A model generated the notes under the pieces. It ran no database searches. It was given only the letters and a program-made list of their open reading frames with translations, and had not been told where the DNA came from. The position numbers and the translations under genes were made by a program. A stretch of 64,000 nucleotides of DNA from the NCBI GenBank assembly GCA_032128875.1, contig JAVLKG010000009.1, positions 192,001 through 256,000 of the forward strand, written 5' to 3'. Below are positions 57,882 to 64,000 of this stretch, piece after piece. This DNA comes from Candidatus Melainabacteria bacterium 17Bon1m (GTDB lineage: Bacteria > Cyanobacteriota > Vampirovibrionia > Obscuribacterales > Obscuribacteraceae). The stretch's first letter is position 1. Every line of letters starts with the position of its first letter.

Positions 57882-59048
57882 TTATTGGCGGCTGGCGCTG
57901 GCTTGTGCCGGCTTCGGCAAGGACATACGCACGACCGAATTGTCGTCCTGTTGGCTGACGTAGAGGTTGCCGTCGCGGTCGAGAGTCAGGTAGTAGGGCG
58001 ACTTGAAGCCCGTACCAATGATTGTCGAAATGCCCGCCGGGTTGATTCTTGCGATGGTTCCGCTCGAGTAATTCGCTACGTAGACGTTGTTTTGGTCGTC
58101 GACAGTGACACCGATCGGTCCTTTGAAGTTGGCGCCTGAGCTGAAGACGCTGCGGCTGCCGTCGGGGCTGATGCGGTCGATGCTGTTGGTCGCAAAATTG
58201 GCAATGTACAGGTGTCCTGTGCGGTCAAAAGCCAGACCTGATGGGGCATTGAAGTTGGTAGCGATGACTCGAACGGTCGAATTTGCCAGAACCGGTGACG
58301 GGTTTGCTGCCGAGCGGACGGGCGTTGCCGGCGGCAAGCTAGCAACTGCGGGCTGCTGCGCTGCGTAAGTAGGCTGCGCTGGGACATAGCGATTTGCTGG
58401 TTCTTGAGCTTGTACTTGCGCCGGAGGCTGGTATGCAGGAGGCGTATAGGCAGGCGGGCTGTACGCTGGCGGCGAATAGGCCGGTTGTTGCGCTTGCGCC
58501 GGAGCCGTGTATGCCGGCTGCTGAGGCGCTTGTTGGATTTGCTGAGTGGCTGGCGGCGGATTGTTTATACCTGCCAGCGGCAATTCATTATTGATGGTCG
58601 CGACATCTCCGACCGACGCCATTCTTTTTTGCGCGTCGGCAAAATGTGGATTGCTTGGCGGAATGGCAGCCAGGTGCGGGCGAGCCTCGGCACCTCTGCC
58701 GAGATCCATCAAGCACAGCGCCAACTGGTAGTGCGCGTCAGGGTCTTGTGGCTTGACTCTCAGGACTTCCTGAAAGCGCGGAACTGCTTCTTTCAGTCGT
58801 TTTTGGGACTGGTAAAGCATGCCCAGGTTGTATTGAGCGTCTGGCAGATTGGGATCGATATCGCAGGCGCGGCGGAAGAAGATGATGGCGGCTTCCGTTG
58901 AGCCTTGTTTATAAGCATTCAACCCGAGGTTGTACATGCTTATTGCTTGCTGGTTGGTCCCTCCGCTAGGGGCGTTTTGCGCAAACGCGAGTTGCATCGA
59001 AAACGCTGCGGACAGCGACAAAGCCAGTAATATCTTTCCTTTTGCCAT
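57882..59048 (-). CDS. exported TPR + Pro/Gln linker + NHL-repeat protein
   Basis: Signal AFA|Q, TPRs, PAY repeats, NAPSGLAFD..GHLYIAN, GPIGVTVD..NVYVAN, DGNLYVS. Confidence 0.88.
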   Translation of the reverse strand: MAKGKILLALSLSAAFSMQLAFAQNAPSGGTNQQAISMYNLGLNAYKQGSTEAAIIFFRRACDIDPNLPDAQYNLGMLYQSQKRLKEAVPRFQEVLRVKPQDPDAHYQLALCLMDLGRGAEARPHLAAIPPSNPHFADAQKRMASVGDVATINNELPLAGINNPPPATQQIQQAPQQPAYTAPAQAQQPAYSPPAYSPPAYTPPAYQPPAQVQAQEPANRYVPAQPTYAAQQPAVASLPPATPVRSAANPSPVLANSTVRVIATNFNAPSGLAFDRTGHLYIANFATNSIDRISPDGSRSVFSSGANFKGPIGVTVDDQNNVYVANYSSGTIARINPAGISTIIGTGFKSPYYLTLDRDGNLYVSQQDDNSVVRMSLPKPAQASASRQ

Positions 59049-59339
59049 TATCTAAAGTCTCACAAAACCGTCAAAAGCTCATCATAACCATGTTTACGAG
59101 GTTCGCGCTTGCGTCCAATTGGACATAATTCTGCCGAATCTGCCTGGGCACAAAGGTTTCTTTTTTCTCGTCCCTCGTAATATGCTCTAAATAGTAAGTA
59201 AAACTGGGTATATATCTCACTACTTCTCAGCACGCTCACAATTATGGCAGGTGGTTGTGATTCAAAAGCTCTCTCTTGCCTTATTTCGTTAACAGTTTTG
59301 GCCGAAAACGCGGCGTAGCTAGATAGGAAGCCTGTTGTC

Positions 59340-59762
59340 ATGAGAACTGTTGGACATATTATTACCTCGGCGGGAATAGCTTCGCTGAGTTACTGGCGTT
59401 ACCGTTCGCGTCCGGCCGCATTGGCAAGTTTTCTTGCAGGCTGGCTGATTGACCTCGATCACCTCGTTGATTATGTACGCGCTCATGGGTGGAAACCCAA
59501 CTGGGCGCGCTTTAATGAAGCAGCGCATGAGCATTACAGTGGAAAACTCTACCTTCCGCTCCATTCTTACGAGCTTTTGGCACTGTTTTACATACTTTTC
59601 CGCGGACCGACACGCCAGCCTTACCGCGTGGGGGTAACTGTTTCCATTCTGACCCACTTGCTCCTGGATCAAAAGTGCAATCCTGGGCGAAAAGCGTCGA
59701 CTTACTTTTTGACTCATCGAATCCGAAAGCGGTTTGACGCTCAACAGATATTAAAAGGATAA
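59340..59762 (+). CDS. small membrane metal-dependent hydrolase (YbcI/YdjM-like)
   Basis: N-terminal H, IDLDH, PLHSYE, THLLLD. Confidence 0.7.
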   Translation: MRTVGHIITSAGIASLSYWRYRSRPAALASFLAGWLIDLDHLVDYVRAHGWKPNWARFNEAAHEHYSGKLYLPLHSYELLALFYILFRGPTRQPYRVGVTVSILTHLLLDQKCNPGRKASTYFLTHRIRKRFDAQQILKG

Positions 59763-59818
59763 TTGACCCGTTTGGTCTAATATTCTGAGTCTCAGGTCAG
59801 AACCTCAGGAGTTGCCTG

Positions 59819-61024
59819 ATGAGTTTCGCACGCGTTTTTCGCACGTCGTCTCTTGTAGCGTACCGTTGTGTAATGGTTTTGTCCGCGCTCTTTTTGGTGT
59901 TGTTTACCAATTTTGCTTTCAGTTTGCCTTCGTTTGCCGCCACGCCTGAAGTTGCACTTTCGTGGGAGCCGTCACGAACATTGGTGTTTGTCGTCGGCGT
60001 ACTAAAATGGCAAGACAAAAGCTATTTGCAGTTCACCACCAAAGCGCGCCGCGATGCGCAGTTGGTCGAGTTTTTCAAATCGAAAGGTGTGCCCGCAGAC
60101 AAGATTGTCTACCTGTGCGACACCGAAGCCACCATCAACAAAGTGTATGACGAGTTTGACGAGCTTCTGGAAAAGTCAAAACCCGGCGACACGCTGATTT
60201 TTTATTACTGCGGGCACGGTTGGTTGGACGATAACAATGAAGGCTTTTACGCAAACTATGATGTAAAAACCAACGACAATGCGATTTCCACCAGGAAAAT
60301 CGCGGGCAAGATGAAGAACAAATTCCAAGGTTCGACAGCATTGTTTTTTGCAGACTGCTGCACATCTGGCTCAATCGCAAACTCCCTCAAGAAACAACCC
60401 GGCGGCTACAGCTGGGGCATGGCTACGTCTGTGACTGCGGATGGGGGCTCGACAAGCAACTGGACATTTTCGCAAGCTCTATTAGATGCGTTGAACGGGC
60501 ATCGATTTGTTGACACCAATTTAGATGGCGTCGTCAGTTTTTCCGATCTCCAAAAATACGTCACGCTCGAAATGAAGCGCATCGACAATCAAACTGCCGG
60601 TGCCAATAGTGGCAATGGATTTTCCGATGCTAACTACACTCTTGCAAAAGTCGCGAATCCCAACGAGCCCATTCCGCGTCTCGTCGACGTGAAGTGGGGC
60701 GGAAAATGGTGGAAGGCGAAAGTCTTAGAGACCAAAGATAATCAAGCAAAAGTCCGCTGGGTGCAGATCGGATATGACACACCCGACAACGATGAATGGC
60801 AACCGTTTTCCAATATTAAGGAGGCGAGTGGTGAACCTTTCAATGGTATGTCCATTGCCACTACCCGCAATGACTTCAGAGTTGGACAAACTGTTGAAGT
60901 GCTTTGGAAGAACGACTATTACAAAGCTAAGATCTTAAAAGCCGAAGGCGGACGTTTTTACATCCACTATTTAGAAGATGACGACAGCTGGGACGAGTGG
61001 GTCGATCTGTCGCGCATGAGATAG
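59819..61024 (+). CDS. exported caspase-like (clan CD) protease with C-terminal Tudor/Agenet-like domains
   Basis: FYYCGHG and FADCCTSG dyad; DTNLDGVVSFSDL loop; VKWGGKWWKAKVL..VRW and VEVLWKNDYYKAKIL..YIHY..WDEWV. Confidence 0.82.
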   Translation: MSFARVFRTSSLVAYRCVMVLSALFLVLFTNFAFSLPSFAATPEVALSWEPSRTLVFVVGVLKWQDKSYLQFTTKARRDAQLVEFFKSKGVPADKIVYLCDTEATINKVYDEFDELLEKSKPGDTLIFYYCGHGWLDDNNEGFYANYDVKTNDNAISTRKIAGKMKNKFQGSTALFFADCCTSGSIANSLKKQPGGYSWGMATSVTADGGSTSNWTFSQALLDALNGHRFVDTNLDGVVSFSDLQKYVTLEMKRIDNQTAGANSGNGFSDANYTLAKVANPNEPIPRLVDVKWGGKWWKAKVLETKDNQAKVRWVQIGYDTPDNDEWQPFSNIKEASGEPFNGMSIATTRNDFRVGQTVEVLWKNDYYKAKILKAEGGRFYIHYLEDDDSWDEWVDLSRMR

Positions 61025-61133
61025 TCGTGGGGGCGCGTTGCACGGGCCCATTTTTCACAGTTAATTTCGTGGGGGCGCGTTGCACGCGCCCATTTTTCAC
61101 AGTTGATTTCGTGGGGGCGTGTTGCACACGCCC
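61025..61133 (+). repeat. tandem array of three GTGG-class REPs, 42-bp period
   Basis: GTGG feet at 61027, 61069 and 61111 with linker ATTTTTCACAGTT(A/G)ATTTC. Confidence 0.93.
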
Positions 61134-61236
61134 TTTTTTGCCCGATTTCTTATGACACGAGATTGTAACTAACCGGGCGCTAAGTTAAGGGCTCCTCCGG
61201 CACAACAAAGTTTCTTCCCCTTTCGAGGTTTTCTCA

Positions 61237-61890
61237 ATGAGCGAACGTCATTCTGCGCAGCGCGATTTCGACAATGTACGCACTCACGACTTCAACGAAA
61301 CCTGCACGGTCGGCAGCCCTTTGAATGATGAAGTGATGTTGGCGTTTGGCATTAAGCGTGAGAGATCAGAAGAGGGTCTGAAAACGACCTATCCAAACGG
61401 ATTTACTGTGGACAGGCATGATGAAGGAGACTTTGGACTGAGATTTTCGACCAAACTCAAATATCGTGAAACCAAAGACGGCTTGTCGATAATGTCAGAC
61501 TACAAGGGTCACTCGGCCGCCTACCTGAGTGCCGATGGCAATTTCCTGATGTTTTCCAACGGAAAAGTTCTGCAAGAGAACAAAGACGGTGTTGTTTCAG
61601 TCAATGATGTCGAATGCTATGAGAAAGAACCAGCGAAGAAGCCTGAAACGATGCGTCAAGTGATTGTTCTTCCGGAAGTGAAAATTACTGTGGACATGAG
61701 AGATGTTCCGAAGACCGACGCGTCGGCGAAAGGTGCGTCGGAGCAAAGTAGAAAGGAAGACAAAGCGAACAACGGCAATAAAGCTGATAAGGGCGACAGG
61801 CAAAAAAGAGATGCCAAAAAAGCGGAACCCAAGCCCTTCAACTGGGATTCCGACGACCCGCTAGAAGGCATTGATGTAAGCGGATACTAA
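61237..61890 (+). CDS. hypothetical protein
   Basis: GAGG RBS, 217-aa ORF, beta-rich N-half and charged tail; no family recognised. Confidence 0.65.
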   Translation: MSERHSAQRDFDNVRTHDFNETCTVGSPLNDEVMLAFGIKRERSEEGLKTTYPNGFTVDRHDEGDFGLRFSTKLKYRETKDGLSIMSDYKGHSAAYLSADGNFLMFSNGKVLQENKDGVVSVNDVECYEKEPAKKPETMRQVIVLPEVKITVDMRDVPKTDASAKGASEQSRKEDKANNGNKADKGDRQKRDAKKAEPKPFNWDSDDPLEGIDVSGY

Positions 61891-61962
61891 AGGTCGTGAA
61901 GCTCTACTGGCGAAATGAAGTTCGTCGTCAGAGCAAAGGTTTGAGGGAAGAAAGACCGGGCT

Positions 61963-61996
61963 GGGTGCATCGCATGGAAGGGCGATGCGCCCTTTT
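61963..61996 (+). terminator. terminator-like hairpin
   Basis: GGGTGCATCGC-8 nt-GCGATGCGCCC-TTTT between convergent genes. Confidence 0.65.
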
Positions 61997-62000
61997 CGGA

Positions 62001-63059
62001 TCAGTTTTGGTTGCGAGCAAAGGTGTACCAGGTGCTACGCCCACCACCGTTTCGAGAGAGCATTCTTCTCTCTACCAATTCATTCAGGCGCAGTTTGATG
62101 GTGCTGCGGCTTTCGTTTGTCAGTGTTTCAAGGTCTGAAATTTTCAGCCTGCCATGTTGTTTCACAAGTTCCAAAATTTGAACTGAAAGTTTTGGCAGCT
62201 CACCTTCCAGTATGTGTTCCCGCGAAATCTTCGCCTGCAAGTTCGTCTTTTGTTTGTGCATCGATTGCAGGAAGAAATGAAACCAATGATCCCAATCTGG
62301 ATTGTCAGACTCGAGAGTGATCTGGGTTTTTCTCAGAGCAAGGTAATAGGCTTCTTTCTCCGATTCGATGACATTTTCCATTGAACTGTACGGTACATAG
62401 GAATAGCCTTCCTTCAACAAAAGCAAAGTTGTGAGCGCGCGCGATAGGCGCCCATTGCCGTCTTGAAACGGATGGATTGCAAGAAAACCAGCCACAAAAA
62501 CAGCAATCACAAGCAGTGCATGCATGGATTCGGATTCCAGATTTTCGTTGGTCCAACTCAGCAGTTCGGTCATTTTAAACGGAGTGTCGAATGGACTTGC
62601 AGTCTTGAAGATGATGCCTAGCCTTTCTCCGTTTGGTCCAAAGGCTTCGACATTGTTCTGAACCGACTTGTAATTGCCTCGATGTCGATCGTCTTTTGTG
62701 CTGTGTTTCAACAAATCTCTGTGGAGTTGTTTTATGTGGCTTTCTGAAAGCGGGATGTGCTCCCAGTTTTCAAAGATAGTGTCGATGACCTCGGCATAAC
62801 CAGCAACCTCTTCTTCATCTCTGGAACTGAAAGATTTGCTTGATAAGCGCGAAAGCAGTGCTTCAACCTCTGCGTCACTCAGCGTTGCGCCTTCGATTCT
62901 TGTCGAAGAACCAACGCTTTCAACTGTCGCTACATGTCTGAGAGTTGCAAGGCGTTCCGGAGAGATGTTGGAGATGGATTTCCACGCGCCCTTGAATTCG
63001 TCGATCTCTGCGATCAATCGAAGCATCTCCAAAGTTGGTCGGAAGCCGCCTACTTTCAT
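62001..63059 (-). CDS. Fic family protein (class II) with C-terminal HTH
   Basis: STRIEG inhibitory motif, HPFQDGNGRLSR catalytic motif, C-terminal winged HTH ending GGGRSTWY. Confidence 0.95.
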   Translation of the reverse strand: MKVGGFRPTLEMLRLIAEIDEFKGAWKSISNISPERLATLRHVATVESVGSSTRIEGATLSDAEVEALLSRLSSKSFSSRDEEEVAGYAEVIDTIFENWEHIPLSESHIKQLHRDLLKHSTKDDRHRGNYKSVQNNVEAFGPNGERLGIIFKTASPFDTPFKMTELLSWTNENLESESMHALLVIAVFVAGFLAIHPFQDGNGRLSRALTTLLLLKEGYSYVPYSSMENVIESEKEAYYLALRKTQITLESDNPDWDHWFHFFLQSMHKQKTNLQAKISREHILEGELPKLSVQILELVKQHGRLKISDLETLTNESRSTIKLRLNELVERRMLSRNGGGRSTWYTFARNQN

Positions 63060-63074
63060 TCGGTCATAACCAGT

Positions 63075-63126
63075 TAGCCAATTCTATGTCCAATTATAGC
63101 CAAATATGTCCAATAATAGCCAATAA
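63075..63126 (-). promoter_or_regulatory. 10-bp-phased repeats overlapping a TATAAT box upstream of fic
   Basis: CCAA at 63078, 63090, 63100, 63110 and 63120; minus-strand TATAAT at 63093-63098. Confidence 0.6.
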
Positions 63127-63245
63127 GTCATGAAAGATACAGTGGCATTGGTTTTAGGCGATTTTGCCAGTCGGAAATTTAGCGTCTAGACCTGGGTATT
63201 ATGAATTTGGTGGCCTAAAACTCGGCGCGAATTCGTGGAATCTAT

Positions 63246-63833
63246 ATGCGCCTACTACCGAGCAAGTTCAAATATGTTTTGTCTGCGAGTGCTTTGTTGC
63301 TCGCCACGACATCCGCTGCGTTCGCAGAAGATTTGTCGGCTATGCCCGAAAAGGTCAAAACCCTCAAGTCGCCGAACGGCGCGCATGAAGTTTTCGATGT
63401 GAACAAAGGGTTCTCGTCCGATGGCGAGCAGAACCGCGAGCTTTGTATCCGCAGAACCAAGGAAAAAACTAAGCAGCGTTTGCTGATTTACCATCGCTGT
63501 CTTGATGTGGCTTGGTGTCCCAACAGTTCGATGCTTGTGGTGAACGACAATAGCTGTTCAAATGAAGTCATCCCGCGTTTGTACAGCATGAAGGATCTCA
63601 AACATCCAGTTGAAATTGCACCGAAATTGATGAGCGCGGTCACTGATAAAAAAGACAAACTGGCGATTCAGCAGAGCGACATGTTTTTGTTGGTTTCTGC
63701 CACGCGATGGATCAATCCGCATGCACTGGAAGTCACTGTTCGTGGGGCTGGAGCAAAGCCGGGCTGCTTCAAAATTACGTACGAATGGGATTTGAAAAAC
63801 AGCTTCAAGAAATTGAAGCGCGTCAACGAGTAG
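63246..63833 (+). CDS. exported hypothetical protein
   Basis: Signal peptide AFA|E, beta-rich; no family recognised. Confidence 0.7.
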   Translation: MRLLPSKFKYVLSASALLLATTSAAFAEDLSAMPEKVKTLKSPNGAHEVFDVNKGFSSDGEQNRELCIRRTKEKTKQRLLIYHRCLDVAWCPNSSMLVVNDNSCSNEVIPRLYSMKDLKHPVEIAPKLMSAVTDKKDKLAIQQSDMFLLVSATRWINPHALEVTVRGAGAKPGCFKITYEWDLKNSFKKLKRVNE

Positions 63834-63858
63834 TTAGCACCATTCGGAAATGCAACAA

Positions 63859-64000
63859 GGGAGATGCGAAATGCATCTCCCCTGAAAAGTGGCTTGCAGC
63901 CTCTTTGTTTTGTACCGGGCGATACATGGCATCGCCCCTACGATTCCAGAAGGGCGCATGCAATGCGCCCCCACGATTCTGGCAGCGGTCGACGCATGGC
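63859..64000. repeat. mosaic REP cluster, truncated by the window end
   Basis: GGGAGATGC..GCATCTCCC, GTAG REP 63917-63941 (-), GTGG REP 63952-63974 (-), partial GGTCGACGCATGGC. Confidence 0.85.

Overview
Gene-dense bacterial chromosomal window. It most likely comes from a non-photosynthetic cyanobacterial relative (Vampirovibrionia/Melainabacteria, Obscuribacterales-like). That placement is an inference from the cyanobacterial-style GroEL tail and Nfu, the zinc-ribbon Ser/Thr kinase, and the many TPR, LysM and MshEN-like proteins. Housekeeping genes (groES-groEL, ruvC, lnt, nfu, gap-pgk, thiolase, enoyl-CoA hydratase) are interspersed with accessory genes: TPR proteins, two TPR-matrixin proteases, a three-gene glycan cluster, a YhaO/YhaN-like Mre11/Rad50-type pair, a caspase-like protease and a Fic protein. 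I saw no tRNA, rRNA, CRISPR array or transposase. Most notable: (1) a Ser/Thr kinase fused through two TM helices to a degenerate type IV coupling-protein (VirD4/TraD/HerA-like) ATPase domain; (2) a ~215-nt, G-U-rich, two-domain structured RNA candidate upstream of an unknown 76-aa ORF ending in -LQAA; (3) a dense two-class REP/REPIN family (GTGG- and GTAG-footed hairpins with covarying stems, 53-bp hetero-doublets and tandem arrays) at gene 3' ends; (4) a possible effector with an atypical kinase-like C-terminal domain; (5) non-canonical catalytic motifs in the YhaO/YhaN-like pair. All family assignments come from motif recognition by eye, not database searches.
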